A stretch of 64,000 bases of DNA from a virus. The notes under the pieces are model-generated. The model saw only the letters and a program-made list of their open reading frames with translations, was not told where the DNA came from and did no database searches. A program made the translations under genes and the position numbers. Shown piece after piece: positions 40,954 to 51,831 of this stretch (within the stretch, counting starts at the first letter, position 1; the number at the start of each line of letters is the position of its first letter). The stretch covers positions 1 to 64,000 of IMG/VR virus record IMGVR_UViG_3300020157_000001; one strand, given 5' to 3'.

Positions 40954-41976
40954 TTATCCGAGGATGATACCCTTTACTGACCGAGACACAACATCCTCAA
41001 GCGCTTTTAGTGCGAGTGAACGGTGACGGCCTGCGGGAACATTGGAAATGATGTGCTCACCCAACTGGAAGGCGGCGCTGGTGAGGTCGTTGATTGTCTC
41101 TGTCTCTCTACGGCTTGGCTCGCGAGCGTGATCGAAGAGGCTGGCACGAAGTTCCTCATAGCCAACGACTACTGGAGTAGTGGGAGCTGGCAAGGTCAGG
41201 TCGCTATCACCAAGGGTGACGGGCATGGGCTTACCAATGTGCTGTGAGGGAAGAGGACCTGCCGTAGGCTTGTTCGCTGGATAAGGCTTAGCTGCCTTGG
41301 GAGTAACGTGTACGGGGAGATCTTCCTTTGGGGGAAGAGCCTGCGCTGGCAAGGTAGTACCAAGGATGACCTTGATGTAGTTGGCCTTGCCTGACACCCC
41401 ATCGGGGAGGTTGCCCGTCTCCATAGCGAGTCGCTTGAGCGATGCGACTGGCATGATGTTCAGTTCGTCCTCTGTGAACGCAACGGGGGCATCATCGGTC
41501 GGGTCATCTTCTACGTACGATGTCGCAGCAGGTGTGACCTCTTCCTTTTCGGGAACAAGGGACAGAGAGATGGGGGCGAGTCCGTTGGACAACTCCAGTA
41601 CAAGGGCGCTCTCTGGCACTGTGTCGAACACGAAGTTGACAAGCTCTTCTGCCTCGTTGTCATCCCAGAGGATGAGCACCTTACCCTTGTTCGCCATAGC
41701 GCCAAGGATCTGCTTCTCCACACCGTTCACCTCAAGGGTGCTGCCGGATTCTGCGGATGTGAATGCCTTGGGGGGCTTGTTGTCAGGGTTGTGGTACATG
41801 AGGAACTGCACGTCGTTGTCAAGAATGTAGTCGTAGGCAGCAGCCAGACCATCGGTTGGCTTGCCGTACCACGGTAGTGCAACTACATCGTCCTCTTCAA
41901 GAAGATCACGGAGACCTTCTTGGATTACTGTCTTGGGGGCATTACCTGTCCCCAGCAAAGCGTGGATACGTGACAT
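40954..41976 (-). CDS. Multi-domain hypothetical protein
   Basis: GGAG RBS; alpha/beta N-domain, Rho-N/HeH-like segment ELNIMPVASLKRLA...KANYI, small helical C-domain. Confidence 0.7.
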   Translation of the reverse strand: MSRIHALLGTGNAPKTVIQEGLRDLLEEDDVVALPWYGKPTDGLAAAYDYILDNDVQFLMYHNPDNKPPKAFTSAESGSTLEVNGVEKQILGAMANKGKVLILWDDNEAEELVNFVFDTVPESALVLELSNGLAPISLSLVPEKEEVTPAATSYVEDDPTDDAPVAFTEDELNIMPVASLKRLAMETGNLPDGVSGKANYIKVILGTTLPAQALPPKEDLPVHVTPKAAKPYPANKPTAGPLPSQHIGKPMPVTLGDSDLTLPAPTTPVVVGYEELRASLFDHAREPSRRETETINDLTSAAFQLGEHIISNVPAGRHRSLALKALEDVVSRSVKGIILG

Positions 41977-42008
41977 CGGGTCTCCCTGTCGTAGGTCTAA
42001 GGGTCGTC

Positions 42009-42037
42009 ACTGTACACCCCCACCAACGTCAATGCAA
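42009..42037 (-). promoter_or_regulatory. SigA-type promoter at the start of the replication module
   Basis: TTGCAT-N17-TACAGT. Confidence 0.6.
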
Positions 42038-42059
42038 GTAAGACTTGGTGTGACCCTTG

Positions 42060-42635
42060 TCACATACCTCGAACAGCGTTGTACGCAACGATTGAGTATT
42101 TAGCTTCCTCGGTGATCGGAAGGGTCGAAGTAAACAAAGTCTGCATTGCACCAACTGTCTTCTGATAGTCCTCGGAATAGATTGATACCGAGTTGTTAGC
42201 AGAGCTTACCCATCGGTAGTCACTGACCGCTGAGAGTATGCCGCCTATGGGCGTTGACCCGTCAAAGTACGTGCCAAGGAAGTTCACCTCTGCAAGGAGG
42301 TTTGCCGCTGTAAACGACCCTACCGACAGGTCAACCATGAACTCAACGAGGCAGTTGGTGTAGGTGGATGCGTTGGTAAAGGCAGTTACTGGGATCTCTA
42401 CTACAGATACACCATTGATGATCTTGGAGCCGCTGCTCATCCCGACGATGCGGTTGGCTGAGTCGATGAGCCGCCCCCACTTAATCGCTGTGGTAGTACC
42501 TACGGAGAAGTAAGCACGGTCACCAAGTAACACGGGGATCACACTGTAGGCGGGGGAGAGGCTACCTATAGTAATGACCGCCCCCGTAGAGGGAGTAGTA
42601 GCAGTCCAAGTCTGACCAGAGAGAGTAACAGTCAT
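42060..42635 (-). CDS. Baseplate/tail-associated protein (resembles a detached C-terminal domain of the gpI-like wedge protein)
   Basis: YFDGS...DYRW...NNSVSIY...TLP; starts 1 nt after the stop of the giant gene. Confidence 0.6.
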   Translation of the reverse strand: MTVTLSGQTWTATTPSTGAVITIGSLSPAYSVIPVLLGDRAYFSVGTTTAIKWGRLIDSANRIVGMSSGSKIINGVSVVEIPVTAFTNASTYTNCLVEFMVDLSVGSFTAANLLAEVNFLGTYFDGSTPIGGILSAVSDYRWVSSANNSVSIYSEDYQKTVGAMQTLFTSTLPITEEAKYSIVAYNAVRGM

Positions 42636-42636
42636 A

Positions 42637-45600
42637 CTAAACCGTCCCGTAGTAGGTGTTGATTGCTGCAATTTCAGTAGCGGTGAGCGCCCGTCGGAAT
42701 ATGGCTACAGCGAGAAGCTCCATCTGTGCGTATTGTGCCCCCCCAATGTCTTGACGACCTATGGTCATTGGTCCAGAGTTAGCAAGAGTTCCTACGGTGA
42801 AGTCTGTAACGGGTGTTCCCGCTACACCGTTTGTGTACAGAGTAACTTGGTCTGTCGCGGTATCCCGAACGCCAATCACGGTATTTACGGTCCCCGTTGT
42901 CGCAGTCGTATTTCCAGCAGCGATAGTTCCACCTGCGTCTCCAGTGATGGCCATGAATTGGGTGGAGCTTGGATTACCGTTGGTCAGATACCACCCTGAG
43001 GAGACACCGACGTTTGACCACTTCATTGCTATACGGGTGTCGGCGGGCGTGGTGCCCCATTGGCGTACAACTCCCACCACTGTGAATGAGTCTGTGGCAG
43101 AGAAATCAAGTAAGTCGTTGTCTGGCACTTCCATATAGCTGGAAGATCCAAAAAGCCATGTTGGGCGGGTGACAGCTACTGCCTTCTTACCTGCTGCTGT
43201 GCTACGGTTGATTGCCATTTCTTGACTTGATCTGGCGGGGTCGATCCATAGCACAGCAGTGGAGAGAAGCGCTACTGACTCTGCTGTCTCTTCTCCTTGG
43301 TAGTGCGTATTGATGAGAGCAACTTCAGTTGCAGTGAGAGCACGACGGAATACTGCTGCACCGTACATTTCAAACTCACCAAAGTAGACGGGGGTTCCAC
43401 CTCCGTAATCAGAGCCAATGAGGAATGGAGCGGCGTTCGCTACACCCAATGTAGTTATGTCCGTAACACTAGCTCCAGCACTAGCACCAGAGTATGTGAC
43501 TAGTGAGTCTGTTGAAGCGTTACGTACCCCAGAGAATACAGTTAGCGCACCAGCAGCAGGAACAGGTGAAAGTGACTCCGAGGTTTGACCTGTGGTACCA
43601 GCGTCTATTCTTAGACTTGTACCAAAGCTTGATTTTTGCAGAAAGCTAATAGTAGGAGAGGAGGGTGTTCCCGCTGATCCTTTAGAGAAGATACGCACAT
43701 CGTTTGAGGGAGACCCCCACTGTCGGAGAGCAGCAACCATTGTGAATGAATCAGTAAGAGCAAAGTCAAGCAGGTCGTTGTCTGCTATAGACATGTAGTC
43801 GTTACCACCGAATAGGAAGGTGGGGCGCACAACCGTCGCCCCCTTGTGTCCAGTGGTAGAACGAACCACAAGCGCCTTCTGTTGTGACGAAGCTGCATCA
43901 ATCCAGAACTTAGCTGTATTGAGGATGGTTACAGCAGCGCTATCGAAGGCAGTGGTGTAATGGTTAGTGATCGTTGTGATCTGTGCTGCGCTTAGTGCGG
44001 ACTTGAACACTGCTACAGCAATCAACTCAAAGTCTGTGTTAGTTCCGAAGAATGTTCCTAGTTGGCTACCTATACGAAGGGGGGACGTATTGGTCAGAGT
44101 TGATGTAGTGGTATCTGACACAGTAGTGCTAGCTGTGCCGTTGTTGTAGGTACGAAGCAACAAGTTGGCCCGATCACGAACACCTGCCATTACGTTGATT
44201 GTTCCCGCTGTTGGGGCGACAGCGGAAGCTACGTTGGGTGAGGCGGCAGTGTCACTAACAAGGAACTTAGTGGAGGTTGTGGTACCACTGTTATACAGGA
44301 GCCAACCGGGTGTGTTAATTAAAGAGGTATACGCACCCTTGGTAACGAGTTGACCGTTAGTTTGAATAGTGTTCCATTGTCGGGTAACCGCTATTACCGT
44401 GAACGAGTCTCCTACTGCAAAGTTAATGTCAGCATGATCGGGGGCTTCCATGAAGTCGTCCCCACCAAAAAGCCAGACCGGGGCTTCAACAAGAACACCC
44501 CTACGACCACTTGTTCCTCTTGAGGCTGTCCACACTCGTCCATTGGACGTTCCACCAGTTTGCCCCATGTCATTAGCTGACCAGTTAAGAACTGGGTTAG
44601 CGGTCATATCTAATCCTGACCAAATCTTTGCCGCATAGTACTTGCCAGCAGTGAACGCTGCGCCTGCGTTATCTCCACCTACGTTGACGGGGACGGCACT
44701 AGCACGGATGTTTGTCACACCGGAAGTGGTCACAGTTTCGTAGTTAGTCCAGTTAACCCCATCGGAAGATCGGTAGAAACGACAGGTAAAACCACCCGCA
44801 CCGTTGTCAACGTCTAGAGATGCTCCAACCCACATCTTCTTGCCAGCAGGTATGCCATGAGGAACGATTCCATAAGCTGCACCGCTAGTACCTGCTGCTG
44901 TATTCCATACAAACGCTAAGGTTCCGCCTAACGTAGCGCTGCTATGAGCATTCAGTTGGTAGTTGTTAAATGATGAATCTACACCGCTAGCACGCTTTCC
45001 AAGAAGCCCTCTTTCAGAAGTAATATCATCAAGCTGAACCTGAACAGCTACCGCAATATCACCTGTAATACATACATCAGTAGTTGAGGGGGTTGACATG
45101 TAGTTTGCACCGCTGGTGAGACCGGGCTGATACCAATACTTATCCCCGTAGAAAGGCAGGTGCAGGGGGTCAGAAGTATCAGAAGCAGTAGCGTACTTAC
45201 CGGCTTTAGCATTGAGAGCAGATCCTGTAGCACCAAGGTTCTTAATCAACTGGGAAGATGACCCCGCAACAGGGATCGAAGTCTGCGTGCCAGAAGTGAT
45301 TTGCTTAGTGAAATCAATATCTACAATCGCCTGTCCAGCAATACCATTTCGTACTATAGCCCGATAATGCTTTCCTGTCATTGAGCCGTACCATGTACCC
45401 GATGTGTTCTGTGTAGTTGCACCAAACCCCATTGGATATCCGGTGTTAGCACGGGTGTTAACTATGCGTGTGTCTGTGTTAGCACCGATAGTTGTCCACG
45501 TAGTCGGTTCTGCTACTTGATCGGGGGCGTAGTAGAAGGTGGTAACGCCAGCACTAGCGGAGCGTGTGACCTTCAGCCAAAGTGTTGTACCGTTAGCAGG

Positions 45601-48600
45601 ACGAGAAGCTGCTGCCCAAGTAACGGTTGGGTAAACGGCGGGGGCCGACCCCAATCCCAAAACAATGGTGGTAGAGGTAATGTAGAACCAGTAGTCGTTG
45701 CCAAACCCTTTAGCTACCATAGCAGGAGAAGTACCTATGGTGTCGTACCAGTCGTCCATTGCAACACGGCACACGATTTCTACATCACGGTTACGCTCTA
45801 TACGAGCAAAGTTTGTATCAGCCTGAGTTAGGCTAACGGTTGCAGCTAGAGAAGATCGTTCTGTAAACGATTGAGTGAACTGTGTTTGTTGGGTGAAGTC
45901 GGCATCTATAGCAGCGGCTACTGATGCTCCTCCGATACCATTTCGTACCTTAACATTATAGATTCGCCCACTGAAGTTTCCTAACCCACCATCACGGCTT
46001 CCAAACTGAACTTGTTGAGCGCCTGCTGTTTCTGGGGCAGTAGCGATTGTCCCCGTGCTGGAAGCTGTCCATGTAGTAGGTTCGTATGCTTGATCGGCTG
46101 CGTAGTAAAAGGACACGGAACCACCTGTTGAGGCACGGGTCACCTTGTACCAGCGAGTTGTCCCCACAACGAAGATGCCAGTGGTACTAACGGCGTTAAC
46201 AGCCCAGTTGTTAGCGGAAGTTGAGTAGTGGGCAAGAACAATCTTGCTTGGGTCCGTCCCGTCCATGAGGACTCTCCAAGCAGTGTCTCTGACAACTAGT
46301 GCAGCGTTTGCGTTAACACTAGCGGGAGTGCATCGGAACACTATTTCGTAGTCACCGGGAAGGTCATAGGCGGTGTTAGTGGGGACAGCAACCCTGTAGC
46401 CGCTTGCTTGTGTACCGTGCAAAGACAAGAAGGTTGTTCCACTAGTAATCTTTGATGCGTTGCTAGTGCTAGCAACGGTAACTAGCGCGTTGTTAGCTGA
46501 CCCTTCATTAAAGGTGGTTGCAAGTGCTACCTGCTTTGAGAAGTCAGCATCAAATACTGTTGCGCCAGAAGTGGTGTTACGGACAATGACACGGTAGATC
46601 TTTCCAGAAAAGGGGCGAGATAGTCCTGTCATATTACCGATACGCAAATCCATAGTATTATCTGCGATGGTAGTAACCGTGGTGTTTCCTGTGCCAATAG
46701 CTGTCCAAGATGTAGGTTCTATTGGCGAGTCCGCTGCCCAGAAAAAGGCATAAGCTCCGGTTCCCGTAGTCCAAGTTACTCTACCCCAAATGGGTTGACC
46801 TGCTGAAGCGTTGTGGGGGCTAGAGGAAACACCTTGGTTTGTGGTTCCATTACTTATTTGAAAGTTAAAAACTCCACCACTGCTATATACCTCATACCCA
46901 CCACCGCTGGGAACACCTGCTCCATTAAGCTTAGAGACAATACGACCTCCAACAGCGGAGGTGTAACTATCAGCAGCAATCCTGAAGACTATCTCTACGC
47001 TGCTGCTTGGCATATCCAGTATGGTGCCGTTATCGGGGGTAGTTGCGTAGTTGCCGTCTATACCAGCCAACGATAGGAAGGTTGAACCGTCAACTATTTG
47101 CGCCCCACCTGCTGCTGTAGCTAAAGCTTTGCAGCGTGATTGGTCGGGGATAACTGTGGCACCGATTTCTGCCGAACTGAAGTCGAGATCAAGGACGGGG
47201 TTAGTCGATGGAGAGGATGGCCTAATAATGGTTCGGTACAACCTGACGTTGCCACCACTACCGGATACAGCTCCAATTGTAAGTGAGCTGGTGTTTGCAC
47301 CCAACGCCCCAGAAGTGACACCCCCCGTACCATTAGTTGCTGTACCCCATGAGGTTGGCTCAGTAGCTTGATCTGGTTGCTGATAAAAAGTAACCGCACC
47401 AGTAGAAGTGAATCGAACGACCTTTAGCCAGAAGGGGGTGCCTAGGGGGTAAGAGAAGCCAGAAGCTATCGCGTACTGGGGAGTACCGGGAGTGGCGGAA
47501 AGCTCTGTGCCGAGGGAGATTCCTCCGGTACCTAGTAACGATAGGAAGAATCCACCTGACGCTCCTAATCCCAATCCCTTTGTGATAAGAAGGTTGTCGT
47601 TAGTAAGGGCGGTATTGGCGAGCTTGTCAACTTGAAGCCTCATTACTATTTCAATAGTAGAAAGGTTGAACTGGTTGAGCACGGCATCGTTAGGTATTTC
47701 TACTCGCGCCCCACCTCCTGTACACGCCAAGAAGTTAGTACCGTTAGAGCCAAGTAATTCCATTGCTCCGTTGTCTGGTATAACAGCATAGTTGTCAGCG
47801 CTCTGACCTGACGCGCCAACCACGCTACTGGTGGAGTAAAAGTAGTTCTCACCTGTGTGGGTAAGGAGGAGGGGGTCGTTAGTGTCAGGAGTACTTGAGC
47901 TACCAACCTTTGCAACAAGGGCGCGCCCCCCAGTACCAAGGTTACTAAGGTATTGAGGAGTATAAGTAGACAAGGCTGTCCCCGTGAAAGGTACTGATAC
48001 TTGATTACCTGAGGTAAGACCTGTAGTGAAGTCAACGTCTACAACTGTGGGGCCACCACTTCCATTGCGAATAATGGTTCGGTAAATCTTCCCAGCAAGT
48101 GGAAGCGTTGATCCCGATTCTACGGTTCCTATTTCCAGAGGAGAGGTAGTCTGGAATACACTCAAAGATGCGGAACTTGTAGCAGTAAGAGTAGTGGTAT
48201 AACTTGATGGTTCAGCCTGCCCTGTATCTACTGAGTAGCCAACAACCAATGTCCTTGTTGAAGGGGTGTACCTAGCCCGAATCCAATAAGAACTTCCATC
48301 GACTAGGGCGGGGGAGGGGACACCAGTAGTCTCCGAAAAAAAGGTGGATACTCCATCGGTAGAAACAAAGAACTGGAAGTTACCCGTTGCAGTCACTCTG
48401 AGGTGCCATGAATACTGGGTTGCCCTCCACTTACCAACTAGTATCTGACCTCCGGTAGGAGTCCAGTCGTCAAGGGATACACGCATTACAATTTCAATGA
48501 CACCAGTCAAAGCCAACGACGGGTTATCGGGAATGGAAACATAGTTGCTTGCAACTCCCGGAAGGTACAGGTGGTTAGTACCTGTGTGCGGAAGGAGGAG

Positions 48601-49749
48601 GGGGTCGTTACCATCTACTCCAGTACCAGAACCGTAACGAGCGTTAAGAACAGACCCACCAGTACCTTGGTTGAGTGCAGCCTGCTCAGCGTTGACTGCT
48701 CTACCAGCATCAATGAAGAACTCAGCCCCCCGTAGAAGGTTAAGAGCAGTACCAGCAGTACTCTCACCGGGGTATGCCTCACGCCATACTGGGTTGACTG
48801 ATGCATTGGTAAGACCAGTCTTGGGGGTCGTGATGTAGTTAGCACGCTGACTCTGAATTGTGTACTGATGGTTTGTGTCGTTGTAGATTACGTTGCTTCC
48901 GGTGATACCGCCTATCATCTGCTTAACAGCAGCGGGGGTTCCCTTGCTACGCTTGTACACACCGATGTTGTCAACGATGCCACGGAGACGCTGCTCACCA
49001 AGTTGTGACCCTTGGAGAGCGACGTTCATCAGGGATGCCAATGCATCCAAGGTCTCACCGTTAGCTACAAGTGGGTCACTTGAAATCATTACGTAATCTA
49101 TGAGAGTACGTAGGTAATCCATATCATACCCAATGATGCTGAGGTACTTGAAGAGGGGGCCGACCTTATCCCCATGCGTCGTACCAATGTTCGATGAGTA
49201 GTTGGTAGTACCCTGCCGTATGTCTGCTGTGCGGGCGTATTCGGGAAGCTGATTCCACAAGGTAAGAGCTGACCCGTAATCTACTGGGACTAGGACTTCC
49301 AACTCAGCTACTTTGACAAAGTAGTTATCACCAGCGGTAGAGGTGTAGTTAATGAACAGTCCGTAGTATGCCCAAGACCCACTAGCCAAACTATCGTGCG
49401 TGAAATCGCTGATACCGTTAGTAGTGCTAACGATTCGCTGACCGGACGATACAGTCTGAGGAACACCCGCTGGGGAATACACGACTGCAAGAGATGTCGG
49501 CCCAACCGCAGAAGAGGCAGTTACTAGCGGTACTGACCAGTCAAGAAGAACAGACTGGTAAGTAATGGTCGTAGCGCTAAAGGTGCTCAGACCTGTGGCG
49601 GCGGCAGGAAGCTGAAGGCCGTCAGCACGGAGGGCACTGTCGTAGTCAGTACGAGCAGGGAATGCTCCACCTGTTACTTCTGGGTAACGGAGGAAACCAC
49701 CTGACCCGCTAGAGGGCAGTTGGCGTAGAACAAAAGATACTCTTGCCAT
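42637..49749 (-). CDS. 2370-aa baseplate wedge (P2 gpI-like) protein fused to multiple LamG/ConA-like domains
   Basis: LWNQLP...GPLFKYLSIIG...YKRSKGT (gpI-like) followed by about nine beta-sandwich repeats. Confidence 0.8.
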   Translation of the reverse strand: MARVSFVLRQLPSSGSGGFLRYPEVTGGAFPARTDYDSALRADGLQLPAAATGLSTFSATTITYQSVLLDWSVPLVTASSAVGPTSLAVVYSPAGVPQTVSSGQRIVSTTNGISDFTHDSLASGSWAYYGLFINYTSTAGDNYFVKVAELEVLVPVDYGSALTLWNQLPEYARTADIRQGTTNYSSNIGTTHGDKVGPLFKYLSIIGYDMDYLRTLIDYVMISSDPLVANGETLDALASLMNVALQGSQLGEQRLRGIVDNIGVYKRSKGTPAAVKQMIGGITGSNVIYNDTNHQYTIQSQRANYITTPKTGLTNASVNPVWREAYPGESTAGTALNLLRGAEFFIDAGRAVNAEQAALNQGTGGSVLNARYGSGTGVDGNDPLLLPHTGTNHLYLPGVASNYVSIPDNPSLALTGVIEIVMRVSLDDWTPTGGQILVGKWRATQYSWHLRVTATGNFQFFVSTDGVSTFFSETTGVPSPALVDGSSYWIRARYTPSTRTLVVGYSVDTGQAEPSSYTTTLTATSSASLSVFQTTSPLEIGTVESGSTLPLAGKIYRTIIRNGSGGPTVVDVDFTTGLTSGNQVSVPFTGTALSTYTPQYLSNLGTGGRALVAKVGSSSTPDTNDPLLLTHTGENYFYSTSSVVGASGQSADNYAVIPDNGAMELLGSNGTNFLACTGGGARVEIPNDAVLNQFNLSTIEIVMRLQVDKLANTALTNDNLLITKGLGLGASGGFFLSLLGTGGISLGTELSATPGTPQYAIASGFSYPLGTPFWLKVVRFTSTGAVTFYQQPDQATEPTSWGTATNGTGGVTSGALGANTSSLTIGAVSGSGGNVRLYRTIIRPSSPSTNPVLDLDFSSAEIGATVIPDQSRCKALATAAGGAQIVDGSTFLSLAGIDGNYATTPDNGTILDMPSSSVEIVFRIAADSYTSAVGGRIVSKLNGAGVPSGGGYEVYSSGGVFNFQISNGTTNQGVSSSPHNASAGQPIWGRVTWTTGTGAYAFFWAADSPIEPTSWTAIGTGNTTVTTIADNTMDLRIGNMTGLSRPFSGKIYRVIVRNTTSGATVFDADFSKQVALATTFNEGSANNALVTVASTSNASKITSGTTFLSLHGTQASGYRVAVPTNTAYDLPGDYEIVFRCTPASVNANAALVVRDTAWRVLMDGTDPSKIVLAHYSTSANNWAVNAVSTTGIFVVGTTRWYKVTRASTGGSVSFYYAADQAYEPTTWTASSTGTIATAPETAGAQQVQFGSRDGGLGNFSGRIYNVKVRNGIGGASVAAAIDADFTQQTQFTQSFTERSSLAATVSLTQADTNFARIERNRDVEIVCRVAMDDWYDTIGTSPAMVAKGFGNDYWFYITSTTIVLGLGSAPAVYPTVTWAAASRPANGTTLWLKVTRSASAGVTTFYYAPDQVAEPTTWTTIGANTDTRIVNTRANTGYPMGFGATTQNTSGTWYGSMTGKHYRAIVRNGIAGQAIVDIDFTKQITSGTQTSIPVAGSSSQLIKNLGATGSALNAKAGKYATASDTSDPLHLPFYGDKYWYQPGLTSGANYMSTPSTTDVCITGDIAVAVQVQLDDITSERGLLGKRASGVDSSFNNYQLNAHSSATLGGTLAFVWNTAAGTSGAAYGIVPHGIPAGKKMWVGASLDVDNGAGGFTCRFYRSSDGVNWTNYETVTTSGVTNIRASAVPVNVGGDNAGAAFTAGKYYAAKIWSGLDMTANPVLNWSANDMGQTGGTSNGRVWTASRGTSGRRGVLVEAPVWLFGGDDFMEAPDHADINFAVGDSFTVIAVTRQWNTIQTNGQLVTKGAYTSLINTPGWLLYNSGTTTSTKFLVSDTAASPNVASAVAPTAGTINVMAGVRDRANLLLRTYNNGTASTTVSDTTTSTLTNTSPLRIGSQLGTFFGTNTDFELIAVAVFKSALSAAQITTITNHYTTAFDSAAVTILNTAKFWIDAASSQQKALVVRSTTGHKGATVVRPTFLFGGNDYMSIADNDLLDFALTDSFTMVAALRQWGSPSNDVRIFSKGSAGTPSSPTISFLQKSSFGTSLRIDAGTTGQTSESLSPVPAAGALTVFSGVRNASTDSLVTYSGASAGASVTDITTLGVANAAPFLIGSDYGGGTPVYFGEFEMYGAAVFRRALTATEVALINTHYQGEETAESVALLSTAVLWIDPARSSQEMAINRSTAAGKKAVAVTRPTWLFGSSSYMEVPDNDLLDFSATDSFTVVGVVRQWGTTPADTRIAMKWSNVGVSSGWYLTNGNPSSTQFMAITGDAGGTIAAGNTTATTGTVNTVIGVRDTATDQVTLYTNGVAGTPVTDFTVGTLANSGPMTIGRQDIGGAQYAQMELLAVAIFRRALTATEIAAINTYYGTV

Positions 49750-49752
49750 GGG

Positions 49753-51210
49753 TTAAACAGTTCCTCCAGATGTGGAGAACGTATAGCTACCCTTTTTAGG
49801 TAGCTTTAGAACGTCTATCAATATGTAGCTTTGAACTGCTGTACCGGGGTTTGCGTCAAACTTGGTAATGATCGCATAGTCCACACCAGTAACATTGTTT
49901 ATTATTCGGTACACCTGACCGAGGTGAATACGCTGACCAAAGAATACGTTGTCAAACGAGAACAATTCGTCTAGGGCGGTAGACACGGCAGTCTGGACAT
50001 CGGCCCGAACAAACCTGTCCTGAACGACCAAGGTGATACCAAGGTCGATGTATGTCCAAGCAACAGCGGAAGCACTGAGCACACTCACGCCAAGAAGGGC
50101 GAGTGGTTGGAGAGTGTTGATAACTGCCAAGGAAGTTGCTGTAGAAACAGTTTCCGCTGACGCTGTAGTGGTGAGATAGTCTGACCTGTAGATCTGAGGA
50201 TAGATGGTAACGGAAGAGTTAGAGCTTGCCCCACCCTGCACGAATGAGAGCGACGCTTTAGCTACGCCCGGTACTTGCGATGCAAGAGCGATGAAGTCAG
50301 CGCGGGTTACAGCCCTGTTGTTGGTACCAGATATGGCTGGGATAGACCGCTTCATTGATGTGATTGATTCGTTGTCTGTGCCTCCTGTAAAGGAAGTACT
50401 AGACGTAATGGAGATACCAGTGGGGGTAGTCCCCGAGAACGCAGTGATGCAGTTAGCAGGGATGTTACCATCTGCGCCTGATGACTCTGTGTAAGTAGCT
50501 TTGATCTTGGCTCCGGTAGGGGGGACGAAACCGTTTAGGTAAGTTCCAAAAATAACCTGAGTAGAACCGTCAGCAGCAGAGTAAATAGCGAATACCCGGT
50601 CTCCGGTGGGGGCATCAATGATCCGAGTAACACGTCGGTACTGGGTAGCAGTCAGTCCGTCCTCCAGTACATACACATAGATCGAATACGGATCAACATT
50701 GGTCGTGGTCAGGGAGTATCGCTGCCCAACGGTGCCGTCAGAACTTGAGGCAAGAACCTCTTCTACGTGGCGGGTACCCTCAGATACTGTTACCGCTGCG
50801 TTGTTTCCTGCGTTGATAGTTACGTTGCTAGTGGTGTAACACTGGTAACTCTTGCTGTTGTACTGAGCAATAAGGGGTGTGTACTGCGGCACTGAAATAG
50901 ACGCTGCGGTTGAGTTCGTCAGGGTCAAGGTAGATACTGCACTGCTGCGCCCCCGAGGGGTGTAGTCCATAAGGTTAGCTATAGCAAGAAGACTTTCTCG
51001 CTGTGTAGCTGTGGTTATGGAAGTCTCCCCTGCTGCCCGATCAATGTAGTAGTGCATGATATCAGCAGCGTGCGCCCACAGGTCAACAAGCAACATACCG
51101 AAGTCAGAAGGATCTCGCTCTGTCCATTCAGGCATAACTTCTGTAGCGCGAGCCAACATATCCGCACGGATAGTATCGAAATCTCTTGAAGTGTAGTTAA
51201 ATGCTGCCAT
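49753..51210 (-). CDS. Baseplate J/gp6-like wedge protein
   Basis: NYTSRDF...PEWT...SDFG...RAVTRADF. Confidence 0.9.
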   Translation of the reverse strand: MAAFNYTSRDFDTIRADMLARATEVMPEWTERDPSDFGMLLVDLWAHAADIMHYYIDRAAGETSITTATQRESLLAIANLMDYTPRGRSSAVSTLTLTNSTAASISVPQYTPLIAQYNSKSYQCYTTSNVTINAGNNAAVTVSEGTRHVEEVLASSSDGTVGQRYSLTTTNVDPYSIYVYVLEDGLTATQYRRVTRIIDAPTGDRVFAIYSAADGSTQVIFGTYLNGFVPPTGAKIKATYTESSGADGNIPANCITAFSGTTPTGISITSSTSFTGGTDNESITSMKRSIPAISGTNNRAVTRADFIALASQVPGVAKASLSFVQGGASSNSSVTIYPQIYRSDYLTTTASAETVSTATSLAVINTLQPLALLGVSVLSASAVAWTYIDLGITLVVQDRFVRADVQTAVSTALDELFSFDNVFFGQRIHLGQVYRIINNVTGVDYAIITKFDANPGTAVQSYILIDVLKLPKKGSYTFSTSGGTV

Positions 51211-51212
51211 AA

Positions 51213-51602
51213 CTAGAAACCAGTCTCTTCTGATAGGTCGCCGGGGAGAGCGACGCGGAAGGTTGTCTGGCGGGCAGGTGCCAAAGGAAACTTGTAGTAC
51301 ACAGTTATGTCCGCTTCTGAATCGTTTACTCCAACAACTTTTACATCCATAAAGATAATACCACTTATTCTGTCTGACAGTTCCGTCATTGCTTCCATAC
51401 GGAAGTCTGCTGATATCAAATCGTCAATGGGGCCAAACAGAAGCTGGTTAATCCCCGCCCCATATGAGGGTATGCCAATACGCTCATACCTATCAGTGGT
51501 AAGTACGTTGAGCATCTTTTGTTCAGCCTGAGTTACAAGGTCTGTTGTCTGTCCAATGTGCCCACCTGTAACTGAGAAGGGGGTCAATATTGTTGTTGGC
51601 AT
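51213..51602 (-). CDS. gp25/GPW-like baseplate protein
   Basis: PF...LTT..ER..PSYGAGI..LLF. Confidence 0.88.
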   Translation of the reverse strand: MPTTILTPFSVTGGHIGQTTDLVTQAEQKMLNVLTTDRYERIGIPSYGAGINQLLFGPIDDLISADFRMEAMTELSDRISGIIFMDVKVVGVNDSEADITVYYKFPLAPARQTTFRVALPGDLSEETGF

Positions 51603-51615
51603 TAGTTAGATCCTG

Positions 51616-51756
51616 TCAGGGGGCTTTGAGGGATGCGTTCTCTTCTTCAAGTTCTTCTATACGAAGAATAAGTAGAGCACGCTCTATGATGTGGGGCGCA
51701 TCGCGCTGGATGATCGCTAACACTTTGTTTCCGTCGATCTCTTTATTGTCTGACAT
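51616..51756 (-). CDS. Small coiled-coil protein (possible fibre-associated)
   Basis: AAAGG RBS, ATG at 51756. Confidence 0.5.
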   Translation of the reverse strand: MSDNKEIDGNKVLAIIQRDAPHIIERALLILRIEELEEENASLKAP

Positions 51757-51831
51757 TTTATGTACCTTTCTGGGTTGAGTGAATACTACACGCCCGCTAC
51801 TGGATGCCAGCAACAGTAAGGCGACTCTTTC

